From: Candidatus Hydrogenedentota bacterium
GTDB lineage: Bacteria; Hydrogenedentota; Hydrogenedentia; Hydrogenedentales; JAEUWI01
Reading direction: 5' to 3'
Length of the DNA: 64,000 nt
Assembly: GCA_034669905.1 (NCBI GenBank)
Contig: JAXMOL010000023.1
Location: forward strand, 32,001 to 96,000
How positions within the stretch are numbered: the first letter of the stretch is position 1; each line of letters opens with the position of its first letter. The position numbers and the translations under genes were made by a program. The notes under the pieces were generated by a model. It saw nothing but the letters and a program-made list of their open reading frames with translations, was not told where the DNA came from and did not search any database. Below are positions 38,042 to 47,795 of this stretch, one piece after another.

Positions 38042-39459
38042 GACGGCGTCTTCCGTGGCTGGAAATCAGGATACAATCGTGTCACGCAATCGGGGCATAT
38101 ACTGTGACTGAAGTCGGCGTCGGTACGCTGGGAAACATAGGTCTCCACGGCGTGCCAGTCACCGGATTCATCGCGAATATTCTTGCAACTACTGCAGACC
38201 GGCAACAGACCCTCCAGGGTCTTCACCTCGTTCAATGCTTTCTCGAGTTCTGCCGTTCGTGCCATCACCTGTTGCTCCAGGAGGGCCCGTTGTCGGGCTG
38301 AGCGGAGGCGGATCTGTTTGGTCAAGGTGAACGACCACAACACGGAAGCGGCCAGGGCTGCGACGTGCATGAAGTTCATGGTATACACGTTATCGGGCAC
38401 GAGCTCCAGATAGACGCTGGCAAACATAATTTCACCCACCATGACCATGCCCCAGGATATGAGGAAAAGCCCGATGGGCACGCCTCCCCGCCGAGAAGAT
38501 TGCAGGGCAATGGCGACCACGAGGCAGGGCGCGATGATCACGAAGGCAAGGACCCCGTAGAGTACCGCCGGATAGCCTGCAAGGGAAAGGAGACCAAACA
38601 GCGTTCCGCCCGTGATAACCGCCGAAGCGACGCGGGCAAGGCCGGGGGCATATTTCCACGCACGCAGAAAGCACATGGAGAAACACATGCCAATTCCCAG
38701 GCACAAGACACCCGTAAAAGTAAGGGCATGGTTGGCCCAGGTGCTTGGCTCGGTCCATATCAGCATGTTGGCCGTGCCGCTGAAGGTCATTTGATTCAAG
38801 GTGAGCGCCATCAGCAGGAGAAAGAGCCAGAGATAGACCTCTTGTCGCAGGCCGGCGAAAATGCACAGGTGGTAGATGGCGAGCCCAAGTAGCGCACCGG
38901 CGAGGACGATATTTAGCGCTATCCACCGGATGGCCCGCTCGCGGAGGATATCGGCCGGCCCCACATTGGCCCGAAAGCGCAGGGCCCCATAGTGCTGCAC
39001 GCGGAGATAGAAGGTCGTCGGAGCGACCGCTTGCAGTTCCAGCGGGAAGGTGGGATTGAGCGACACAACGGGACGCGTCCAGAACGGCTCCGTGACCCCC
39101 ACGGTTTGGGATTGATAGGTACCATCGTCCAGGGGAGAGAACAGGGTAACTGAAAGCAGTTGCGGATTGCTCAGCTCGAGCGAGAGGCCCTGTTGCGTTG
39201 GGCCTACCTCGAAGCGAAACCAGTGGGGTTCCTTGGTGTACCCCAGATGGATATCTTCCGTGCGCACTTCCTGGAAATTGGCCGCGTTGGCCCCATGTGC
39301 CACCGCATCGATGTCGTCAGGAGTCTGCCCCGGTGTCAACACCTGGATTTGGGGTGTGACATTCACCACGTCACCTTCGGCCATTCCACCGACGGCCGCG
39401 CAAACGGGAAAGAGCCCCCAGATCAGGGCACCACACACGACGCCAACCCACTTCCACAT
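38038..39459 (-). CDS. 7TM-DISM receptor with C-terminal Cys-rich module
   Basis: LGYT..HWFRF extracellular domain, ~7 TM helices, LLPVCSSCKNIRD..W..FSHSICPDC. Confidence 0.85.
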   Translation of the reverse strand: MWKWVGVVCGALIWGLFPVCAAVGGMAEGDVVNVTPQIQVLTPGQTPDDIDAVAHGANAANFQEVRTEDIHLGYTKEPHWFRFEVGPTQQGLSLELSNPQLLSVTLFSPLDDGTYQSQTVGVTEPFWTRPVVSLNPTFPLELQAVAPTTFYLRVQHYGALRFRANVGPADILRERAIRWIALNIVLAGALLGLAIYHLCIFAGLRQEVYLWLFLLLMALTLNQMTFSGTANMLIWTEPSTWANHALTFTGVLCLGIGMCFSMCFLRAWKYAPGLARVASAVITGGTLFGLLSLAGYPAVLYGVLAFVIIAPCLVVAIALQSSRRGGVPIGLFLISWGMVMVGEIMFASVYLELVPDNVYTMNFMHVAALAASVLWSFTLTKQIRLRSARQRALLEQQVMARTAELEKALNEVKTLEGLLPVCSSCKNIRDESGDWHAVETYVSQRTDADFSHSICPDCVTRLYPDFQPRKTPS

Positions 39460-39552
39460 AGCTATGCCCTCCAACGCGTACAGCCGCCGAGAATCTAATG
39501 ACAATTTCCGGGCATTTTAGCATGGAGTATGGTATGGATTAACCCTAATACG

Positions 39553-41151
39553 TCATTTTTGCCCTTCGTTGGAGAATTTATAGGCGTAGAGGTCTGCATC
39601 GCGCAGCTGTACCCGCAGCCGCACGGGCTGTCCGGCCAACCCGCCCACGTCGGTATTACCGCCCCAGGTCACCACCCGGTCCACCGTGTCGCCAAAGAGT
39701 TCGTCACAATCATCTATGGCGTAGCCTGCGATGGGACTGCCGTCGGCGTGTTCCAACGCCACCTTGAGGGAACCTGCCGCCGATGTGGCGAAATTGAGCG
39801 TCAGTTGGGACCCCTCGAACAGGATAGGCTTGGTAATCAACTCGCCCCCTTCCATGGGGGCACTCACCGACACGAAGCCGTCCAGCCGAAGGGTATAACG
39901 CCGCAAGGTACTCCCTGCGCCATGCCAGAAGCCTTCGGCCGCATAGAGGGAAAGCTCGTTGGCCGCACCGGGCATATGGGACTTCGTCTCCACCGCGTGC
40001 CACGCGATAAACTGCTGGCCATACTGCCACGCATCGGGACGCTCCGGACCGGGGCGCATGAAGGCTTCGTTCCACCGCGTGAAGTGGACGCCGTCACGAC
40101 TACTCATGACGAGTCCCTCACTTAAGCCCGTGCCATAGCGCTCTTGGGAGGAGGCGCGCATTTCCCGGCCCGGGAGGTTGGGCAGATCCCGCATGGACTG
40201 GGACCAGCCCCGCTCGATATAGCGCGCGGGGAAACCCAGTAAGATATGGGGCGCGCGGTGATAGTGCTTTATCTGGTTGGTGTAGAGCTCGTCGTCCGGC
40301 GAATCTTCATAGCTCAGGTCGGTGAGGGGTCCCCAGTTGACCATGTCGTCGGAAGTGGCCGTGCGAATGGCCCGATAGCCCGCGGGCTTCCACACGTCCG
40401 TGGTGGTGGTGCCTTCGGAGAATACGCGCCAGTAGGCCCGGTATTGCTTGATAGTGGGATCCCAGAAGGTCAGATTCTGCGAATCAAAGGCGCCGATGCC
40501 CTGCAAGACGGGCGCTTCACTCATGGGCGTCCAATGGAGTCCGTCGGGTGACTTGAAAGGCCACATGCCGAGGGGTTTGGGCGAGCGAATAAAAGCCTTA
40601 TACCGCGCATCAGCTGGTGCATCGGGATTCTCATCGAGGAATACTGCCGCGTGGGCCGCATCGGCTTCCACCCCGCCCACGAGCCCCACCTTCATGACGA
40701 TATTGTTCTCGGTGGAACCGTTGTGCTCCACCAACCCGAGATTGGGCTTGGTCCAATGGATGCCATCATCGCTCTCGGCATAACAAAGATAATAGGGGTG
40801 GCGCCCCACACTGAGCTTCCCGCCTTCGAGCACTTCGAGATGGCGGCCATTGTAATACATCCGGTATTTGTCGCCATCCTGAAAGACATTGTGATAGCCA
40901 CAGCCCGTGCCCTCCCAGTCCGCATCATGCTCCACGGCTACTTCTCGTGCCACGGGATGATGAAGCTGCTGGCGCGCGTCTCCGGAAAGGGACGCGATGA
41001 GGGCGTTGTCGATGAAGAGTTCACGACGACTGCCGATGTCGGTGGGATCGGCTGCGGCGGTCAGTGCTTGCAAGACCATCGCGCCGCAAAAGGCGATAAC
41101 CAGAAAGCGGGCTCTCGTGTTCACACTACCGTACGTCCTCACGTTCAACAT
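39553..41151 (-). CDS. Secreted glycoside-hydrolase-like beta-propeller protein
   Basis: RELFID; Asp-box-like AESDDGIHW, SPDGLHW, SRDGVHF; LRLDGFVS. Confidence 0.75.
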   Translation of the reverse strand: MLNVRTYGSVNTRARFLVIAFCGAMVLQALTAAADPTDIGSRRELFIDNALIASLSGDARQQLHHPVAREVAVEHDADWEGTGCGYHNVFQDGDKYRMYYNGRHLEVLEGGKLSVGRHPYYLCYAESDDGIHWTKPNLGLVEHNGSTENNIVMKVGLVGGVEADAAHAAVFLDENPDAPADARYKAFIRSPKPLGMWPFKSPDGLHWTPMSEAPVLQGIGAFDSQNLTFWDPTIKQYRAYWRVFSEGTTTTDVWKPAGYRAIRTATSDDMVNWGPLTDLSYEDSPDDELYTNQIKHYHRAPHILLGFPARYIERGWSQSMRDLPNLPGREMRASSQERYGTGLSEGLVMSSRDGVHFTRWNEAFMRPGPERPDAWQYGQQFIAWHAVETKSHMPGAANELSLYAAEGFWHGAGSTLRRYTLRLDGFVSVSAPMEGGELITKPILFEGSQLTLNFATSAAGSLKVALEHADGSPIAGYAIDDCDELFGDTVDRVVTWGGNTDVGGLAGQPVRLRVQLRDADLYAYKFSNEGQK

Positions 41152-41616
41152 AGAAAATGCCCTTCATCGCTGAGCTTTGGTTCACGTCAATAGCTTCGAA
41201 TCGTGCTGCCATGGTAGACCATAAGCATTGGTTATAACAACACCGTCATACGAGCCAATCGCATCAAGCATCTTCACCCGGCGGGTACACTATTCGTCCG
41301 TTACACGAGCTCGGAGTCGTTGCGAGCGTCGCAGAGAACACTGCGTCAAGAGTGATTTGGTGTTCGTGCACATGGAGTAGACGGGACTCCGCCCCTTTAC
41401 TAGAACAACTGCTTTTATTTGTCGTTGCGATGGCGAATTCCACAACCCTTTCGCAAACCACAGGACAGCCACACCCGGCAAGGTCAGGAACCTCACTCAG
41501 GAAAAGATGCTAGCTGAGTCCTCTTAGCATGGCGTCCCCGGTTTTGGGTGAGGCAGTCCCTACGACGCAGGCTCCTTTCCTACCATGGGGCATGCGGGTA
41601 AGACGTTGGGGGCCTT

Positions 41617-43191
41617 CTACTCCTCCAAGACCCACTTCACCGCATTTACCAGCATCGTGTGAAACTGGGGCTCCTTGAAGTCATCGGGGTGGCCGAGGCT
41701 GGTGTAAAAGACCTTACCCCGCCCTTCGCCGGCATCGCGGATCCAGGTGACGGGCTCCACCACATCGGGGACGGACCCGTTCTGCAAAACGACGGCGTCT
41801 TCGGCCAGGGGCAGGACGTTGTAGAGGGAGCCCTTGCTGTGCCATTCGGCGGGGGTGACGCCTTTCATGATGGGATGACCGCTGTGGACGTTTTTCACGT
41901 CGGATTCGAGGTCGTTGGCCTCGTGGCCGTGATAGCTTCCGCCGAGGACCTCCCCATCGAGGGTGGTCCATTCGGCCTGTCCTTCGGGCACCTCATAGGT
42001 GCCGTCTTTGGCGAACTTAATCTTGAAGGCATGGCTGGCGGTGCGTATTCCGATCACGGGCTTGCCGGCCTTCACGTGGGCCTGGAGGGCGGCGAGCTGC
42101 TCGGGGGCAAGGCCCAGGCGGCGGACGTAGACCACGACGGCGTCGGCGGTGGCGATATTCTCCGTACCGGGGATGCTGTGCCCCCCTTCTCCGTGGAGCA
42201 CGGTGGCATGGATACCCGCTTCCTCCCGGAGGCGCTGGGCGAATTCGGGCATGGTCTTGTCGCCATGGTAATGATCGTCACTGACCATGAAAACCACATG
42301 GGGCCTCGGGTCGCCCTGAAATCGAAAGGCAGGCTTGCCGGTAAAGTCGGTGCTCAAGATGGTCGGGCACCAATATTTCTCGATGTGCTCGATAATCATT
42401 TCCGTGCCGCGATAGTGGCTGACCTTGGGCTCCATTTCGGGGTTGTAGAGGCTGTCGGTCATGTCGCGCATGAGGGCCACGTTCATTCCGAGATAGGTCA
42501 ACTGGCGGATTCCGAAGGGGCGCCCCAGCACACACATATTGGTGTGAACGCCCATGAGGATGACGTTCTCGATGCCCTCTTCCTTGAGCAGGTAGTAAAC
42601 TTCCTTCTCGTGGCCAATGGCGTCGTTTTCGCCAATTTCGATGGCCGGGTGCTGGCGTGTCTGGGGACGTCCCTCCAATACCGGTCCCTCCCAGCCATTG
42701 TCGGAATCGTCTACCGGGAGTTCGGCTTCCCGTTCTTTGTTGAGATAGTTCCACTGGAGCGGCGGGTCGGTTTCCACGACGGGCGCATTGAGACAGCGGG
42801 CGCGTTGGGGCGTGTCCTTATAGAAGTCGACATTGCCGCTGGGCGCGTGGATGATGAGCACGCCCTTCTCCCGAGCGGCCTTCAGCACGTTGTTCATCTC
42901 GACGGCCATCTCGGCGACGCGGTCAGCGGGAATTTTGTTCTTAAGGGTATCCCACATGTCACAGACGATGATGGCGGTCTTTTCGCCTTCCCATTCCCGG
43001 GTCTTGTAGACCAGGGTGAAGGGCCGGTCGCTCACGGGGATATCGAGCTTGGTGTGGGCTTTTTCTGGCGGCACCCATTCCGAGGTCTTGACCCGGTCGC
43101 GGGTGTGGAGGGTCAACGGCGCCGAGACGGCCGGAATGGCGAGTAGCGCCATCCCCAGTGCGAGCGACAACGCTATGATCTTATTCAGCAT
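41617..43191 (-). CDS. Isochorismatase-like + ThuA-like domain secreted protein
   Basis: IIVCDMW, IIHAPS, GVHTNMCVLGR; GIRTASHAF, VFYTSLGHP. Confidence 0.85.
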   Translation of the reverse strand: MLNKIIALSLALGMALLAIPAVSAPLTLHTRDRVKTSEWVPPEKAHTKLDIPVSDRPFTLVYKTREWEGEKTAIIVCDMWDTLKNKIPADRVAEMAVEMNNVLKAAREKGVLIIHAPSGNVDFYKDTPQRARCLNAPVVETDPPLQWNYLNKEREAELPVDDSDNGWEGPVLEGRPQTRQHPAIEIGENDAIGHEKEVYYLLKEEGIENVILMGVHTNMCVLGRPFGIRQLTYLGMNVALMRDMTDSLYNPEMEPKVSHYRGTEMIIEHIEKYWCPTILSTDFTGKPAFRFQGDPRPHVVFMVSDDHYHGDKTMPEFAQRLREEAGIHATVLHGEGGHSIPGTENIATADAVVVYVRRLGLAPEQLAALQAHVKAGKPVIGIRTASHAFKIKFAKDGTYEVPEGQAEWTTLDGEVLGGSYHGHEANDLESDVKNVHSGHPIMKGVTPAEWHSKGSLYNVLPLAEDAVVLQNGSVPDVVEPVTWIRDAGEGRGKVFYTSLGHPDDFKEPQFHTMLVNAVKWVLEE

Positions 43192-43254
43192 GTTAAGTTT
43201 CCTTTGAATGTCTCAGCAATCTGATGTCTTCAGTGTTTTCTCGTTGTCCAGAGG

Positions 43255-43618
43255 GGCTTCGTCCAAGGCTCGAAGCGGAGCTCCGGCGACGGCATTCCCA
43301 GGCAGAACTTGGGAACGAGGGAAATATCCTTGTGAAACTTCCTGTCTCACCCCCTTCGGGGGTTCTATCTCTTTTACGCTGATTTACCCTGGGTTGCGCT
43401 CGTACCTCGCTCCACCCAGGGCTACAATCTATCGTCCCTTCGGGACTAATACCTGTGCCTCGAAAGATCCGGAAAGGAAGACCAGCGTTCTTCGTGGCCG
43501 CACGGCTTCGAAGCATTCCTCACCACGGCGAGTCTCCGACCCTCCTGGGAGGGGTCTGGGGTGAGATTCCGACACGGTTGAGACGTTGACCCACCCCCAG
43601 CCCCTCCAAGGAGGGGAG
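43255..43618. repeat. Island of three different REP-like palindrome families
   Basis: GCATTCCCAGGCAGAACTTGGGAACGAG (43292); CCCTTCGGG hairpins with CCCTGGGT/ACCCAGGG (43349-43446); CCCTCC..GGAGGGG inverted pair (43540-43618). Confidence 0.7.
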
Positions 43619-43646
43619 CACCTTCTCGACGGGGTCTCAAGAAGAA

Positions 43647-43814
43647 CATCACCCATCACCCATCACCCATCACCCATCACCCATCACCCATCACCCATCA
43701 CCCATCACCCATCACCCTTCACCCTTCACCCATCACCCATCACCCTTCACCCTTCACCCTTCACCCTTCACCCTTCACCCTTCACCCTTCACCCTTCACC
43801 CTTCACCCTTCACC
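43647..43814. repeat. Heptamer tandem array, 24 units C(A/T)TCACC
   Basis: 10x CATCACC, 2x CTTCACC, 2x CATCACC, 10x CTTCACC. Confidence 0.97.
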
Positions 43815-43820
43815 CACCCC

Positions 43821-45125
43821 TCAGCCCAGCTTCCAATCCCCCCGATACTCGTAGTGCAACAAGTCGTTCGCCTCTTTGCTGTTGGTAATCTGCTCTTTTT
43901 CCGCGTCCCATTCGAGGCGGATGCCGGTGGCCAACGAGATATTGGCCAGCAAACTGAAGGAGGTCGAACGGTGTCCGATTTCCACGTCCGCATTGGGCAG
44001 TTCCCGTGAGCGGACACAATCCAGGAAATTTCGCGCATGACGTTCGGTCAACTTGGCGTTGTGTCCGTCGTCCTGGTCCTCCATACCTTCCATGCGCGGC
44101 TCACGATCTTGGAACTGGCCGCCCCGCTCGGGGATGATCTGATAGTTTTTTCCGCTCACATACACGGTCCCCTGCGTGCCCCGCAACTCAATTTCACCGA
44201 AACGCAAGGCCGGATTGCCACTCGCCTCATACTGCCCAAAGATAAAGAGCCGTCCCGAGGGCAATTGAAAGACCGCCTCCATCGTATCGGGCACCGTTCG
44301 GTCATCGTCGATGACAAACTTGCCGCCCATGGCGCATACCGACGTGGGCGCCAGGTCGTCGCACATCCAACGGCTTGCATCCAGATAATGGACGCCCCAG
44401 TTACCCATTTGGGAGGAATAGAGATGCCACCAGCGGAATTTGTAGGGCGCGATATTGTCCTGATAGGGACGGGCAGGCCGCGGACCGAGCCACATATCCC
44501 AGTCGAAGCCTTCGGGTGGAGCGCTGTGGGGAGACTTCCCCATACCATTGGGATACATGTTGCTGAGCCGATAGGAACGACCCACCGAAACATGGCCCAC
44601 CGTACCTTTGCTCACCACGTCGTGGAGCCGGTGATAGAGGGGTGAGGAGCGCCGGTGGGTACCCACCTGAACAATGCGCTCATTGCGTCGCGCGGCCTCC
44701 ACCATCTTCCGCCCTTCGTGAATGGTAATGGAGAGGGGCTTCTCAACGTAGACATCTTTGCCCGCGTTGCAGGCGTCGATGGTCTGGATGGCGTGCCAGT
44801 GATCGGGCGTGGCAATGACCACGGCGTCGATGCCGGGGTGCTCGATAATCTTGCGGAAATCCTTATAGGTCTCCACATTGCCGCCGATGATGGCCTTCTG
44901 CTTTTCGAGATAGGGCTCGTAGAGATCGCAGATCGCCACAATCTCCATGTCTTCGTGGGCCATAAAGGCGGCGATAAGCTGGCCGCCCCGATTGCCCACG
45001 CCGATGAATCCCAGGCGGATTTTGTCATTGGCACTGGGTGCTGCCGAAGCCCGCGCAGCGGCCACGCCCATCGCCGCGGCGACCGTGGATTTTGTAAAGT
45101 TTCTGCGGCTGATCTCGTTCGACAT
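43821..45125 (-). CDS. Tat-signal Gfo/Idh/MocA family oxidoreductase
   Basis: SRRNF; IGVGNRG, ATPDHWH, GKDVYVEKP, WDMWLGP. Confidence 0.93.
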   Translation of the reverse strand: MSNEISRRNFTKSTVAAAMGVAAARASAAPSANDKIRLGFIGVGNRGGQLIAAFMAHEDMEIVAICDLYEPYLEKQKAIIGGNVETYKDFRKIIEHPGIDAVVIATPDHWHAIQTIDACNAGKDVYVEKPLSITIHEGRKMVEAARRNERIVQVGTHRRSSPLYHRLHDVVSKGTVGHVSVGRSYRLSNMYPNGMGKSPHSAPPEGFDWDMWLGPRPARPYQDNIAPYKFRWWHLYSSQMGNWGVHYLDASRWMCDDLAPTSVCAMGGKFVIDDDRTVPDTMEAVFQLPSGRLFIFGQYEASGNPALRFGEIELRGTQGTVYVSGKNYQIIPERGGQFQDREPRMEGMEDQDDGHNAKLTERHARNFLDCVRSRELPNADVEIGHRSTSFSLLANISLATGIRLEWDAEKEQITNSKEANDLLHYEYRGDWKLG

Positions 45126-45221
45126 ATCCTGATTTTCCTCCAATTGAAACAGGCCCAGGCCTGTGATCCTTCAAGCGGTTATGCTACTCTTTCGCGGCAG
45201 TACTTTTCTAGGAGCCAACAC

Positions 45222-46022
45222 ATGACACAGATTGCGTCCAAGACAATCCTCATCACCGGCGGTGCACAAGGCATGGGCCGTCTGCTTGCCCAACGCTGCA
45301 TCGAGAAACACGCGGCCAAGCTCATCCTTTGGGATATCAACGAAGGACAATTAAGCGAAACCGTGTCCGCCCTGTCCGGAAAAGAAGCTGACGTGACGGG
45401 TACGGTCGTCAACGTGCGCGATGGTGATGCCGTGGCCGCCGCGGCCGAGGAAGCAGGACACGTCGACATCCTCGTGAACAATGCCGGCATCGTAGCCGGC
45501 AAGCCCCTCGCCGAGCAGAGCCACGCCGACATCGACCGCACCATTGGCGTCAATGTGTCCGGGGTCATCCATACGACCCGCGCGTTTCTTCCGGACATGT
45601 TGGCCCACGGCGGCCACATCGTCAGCATGGCCTCGGCCTCGGGCTATATCCCCCTGCCCCGCCTCACGACCTATGCCGCAAGCAAGTGGGCCTGTCTTGG
45701 CTTCTCCGAATCCTTGCGGGTCGAGCTCCGCGATCAGCCCAATGTGCAGGTCACGACGGTGTGCCCAAGTTATATCGACACGGGCATGTTTGATGGGGTC
45801 CGTGCGCCAATCGGTGCGCCCCTCCTGACTCCAGACTACGCCGTCTCGCGGATTCTGCGTGCGATTGAAGAGGATCAGGCCAAGGTCAACATGCCTTGGC
45901 TCGTTCACCTCATGCCCCTCTGCTACAACCTGCTGCCGTCGTGGATATTCGAGCCCATCATCGGGCGGGGGCTTGGCGTCTACCGCGCCATGGACCACTT
46001 CAGGGGCCATGGGGACGAATAA
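45222..46022 (+). CDS. Short-chain dehydrogenase/reductase
   Basis: TGGAQGMG, LVNNAG, YAASK; AGGAG RBS. Confidence 0.93.
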   Translation: MTQIASKTILITGGAQGMGRLLAQRCIEKHAAKLILWDINEGQLSETVSALSGKEADVTGTVVNVRDGDAVAAAAEEAGHVDILVNNAGIVAGKPLAEQSHADIDRTIGVNVSGVIHTTRAFLPDMLAHGGHIVSMASASGYIPLPRLTTYAASKWACLGFSESLRVELRDQPNVQVTTVCPSYIDTGMFDGVRAPIGAPLLTPDYAVSRILRAIEEDQAKVNMPWLVHLMPLCYNLLPSWIFEPIIGRGLGVYRAMDHFRGHGDE

Positions 46023-46025
46023 ACG

Positions 46026-46661
46026 CTACTGGTCGATACCCGCAATAAGGTTTCGATACGACTGCTCCAGCAATCGCTCGACTTCGGTCCAGTCCGATGA
46101 AACGTCCCGGACGCGTGCCGCTTCGGCGCGGAGTATTCCCGCCTCTCTGATTCGGTCGTTCGTCGCGCCGAAGAGGATGGCGTAGAGTTTTTCAATCTTC
46201 TCCCCCACCTGTTCGACGCTCTTTTGTCCGGACCTTCGTCGTGCCATCCACCAGTCCAATTCCGCCTCCGCCGCGACGTGGGGGTCAAATTCCATGCCGC
46301 GTGCCGCCTTGATTCCATCGTAGGCGAAGGCAATATCCTCTATCAGCCCCGCCCGGTCGCGCGTGCCCATTCCCCGCGCGGCAAGGGCGAATTGCAGGGA
46401 TGCCGAAGTCAGGCGTGATGAGACGCGCCAGGTGCGATAATGGGATAATCCAAATTGCTCGTGAAGCATGAGGCTCAATTCATTGCGAAGGGTCGTTGAA
46501 TCCCGCTGATAGTAGGCCTGCCACATCCGGGTTTCCGAGCGCGCCAGCGCTGTGGCGTCGAGTGGTGGATTGGTGTTCCTGAAATAGAGAAACCAGAGCA
46601 AGAACACCACGAGAAACAGTGTCCCCGCATTGATAATCAGTCCTCTGCGTGTTATTCGCAT
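46026..46661 (-). CDS. Membrane-anchored helical hypothetical protein
   Basis: N-terminal TM; ETRMWQAYY and ELDWW motifs. Confidence 0.7.
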   Translation of the reverse strand: MRITRRGLIINAGTLFLVVFLLWFLYFRNTNPPLDATALARSETRMWQAYYQRDSTTLRNELSLMLHEQFGLSHYRTWRVSSRLTSASLQFALAARGMGTRDRAGLIEDIAFAYDGIKAARGMEFDPHVAAEAELDWWMARRRSGQKSVEQVGEKIEKLYAILFGATNDRIREAGILRAEAARVRDVSSDWTEVERLLEQSYRNLIAGIDQ

Positions 46662-46907
46662 GGGTATACCCTCGTCTGGAACAGCTTCCAACGTAAATTA
46701 GAATGCGTTTCCGTTATCGCCGCTCTTATCCGTCTACACGTCACGAAGAGGCAAGGAGGTAACCTACGCCCTATATCCTTCGGCCATGTTGCTCAGCGTC
46801 ACCCGGCCTGCATCCCCCCTGGATTTCCAACGTGGGCTTTGTGACAGGTCGCAGACGCGCCCCAGGTGGGCAGGAATGCCTATCCTCTCTTGGCTCACTT
46901 CGCCAAA

Positions 46908-47795
46908 TCAGCAATCACTCTCAAAAGCCCGCATCACCACGGAATTATCTTCTCCGCCGTGACCCCGGTCAATCAGCTCCTTTAGGATACGCTGGTGCAA
47001 GGTGCTCAGAGGCAGATCCGCCCCGGATTTTCCACCCAATTCCAGAATCAGATCCACATCCTTGGCGTGTTGGGCGAGACGGGCCACAGGCTGGAAATCC
47101 CGCTCCAGCATCTTGCGGCCTTTGGTGGCCATGACAGCCGACGCAGCGAGTCCCGACTGCAGGACGTCGAGGGTGGTCTCTGGGTTGAGCCCGACATGTT
47201 CCGCCAGGCCCAGCGCCTCCGCGAGCACCAGGCGGTTGAGCCCCACCACCTGATTGGCCACGAGCTTCATCCGGCATCCGTCGCCCGGCTTACCGAGGTA
47301 AAACACGCGGGGTGCGAAGCAGGCCAGCACGGGCGCATAGCCCACGGCACGGGCCTCCGTATCGCCCACCAGCAAAACCGCATCGTCACCGCCCACCTGG
47401 GCGCTGGACGCCAGAACACAGACATCCACGAGATAGATATCCATCCCCCGGAGGCGCTCGGCATCTCGCTCCAGATCTTCTGCCCGCCCCGTGGTCGTAT
47501 CGAGTAAGAGCGTCCCTTCGGCCAGGGTCTCTGCCCAGGACGCTGCGCCGAAGAACAGCTCGGTGCGCACCTCCGAATTCGGCAGACTCAGCAGAATCGT
47601 GGCGCAGGCCTCCGCAACTGCTCCGGGCGAATCCACGACCTCCGCCCCCAGAGCCGCCGCCGCCTCACGGGCCGATGCGTCAATGTCGTAGCCCGTAACG
47701 GCGTAGCCGGAGGCTATAAGCCGTTGGGCCAGGGCCTTTCCCAGCAGTCCGAGGCCGATTAGACCGACGTGCTGCGCGCTTTGCTCATCCGACAT
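46908..47795 (-). CDS. 3-hydroxyisobutyrate dehydrogenase family NAD(P)-dependent oxidoreductase
   Basis: GLIGLGLLG, MKLVAN, EALGLA, KDVDLI. Confidence 0.88.
   Translation of the reverse strand: MSDEQSAQHVGLIGLGLLGKALAQRLIASGYAVTGYDIDASAREAAAALGAEVVDSPGAVAEACATILLSLPNSEVRTELFFGAASWAETLAEGTLLLDTTTGRAEDLERDAERLRGMDIYLVDVCVLASSAQVGGDDAVLLVGDTEARAVGYAPVLACFAPRVFYLGKPGDGCRMKLVANQVVGLNRLVLAEALGLAEHVGLNPETTLDVLQSGLAASAVMATKGRKMLERDFQPVARLAQHAKDVDLILELGGKSGADLPLSTLHQRILKELIDRGHGGEDNSVVMRAFESDC

Noticed and set aside
41152..41616. 465-bp intergenic gap as riboswitch or ncRNA
   Set aside because: Only short hairpins and a repeated GTCGTTGCGA; no recognisable aptamer or long stem.
43586..43888. ORF with ITHHPSP/FTLHPSP repeats
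   Set aside because: Simply the translation of the heptamer array; no support as a gene.
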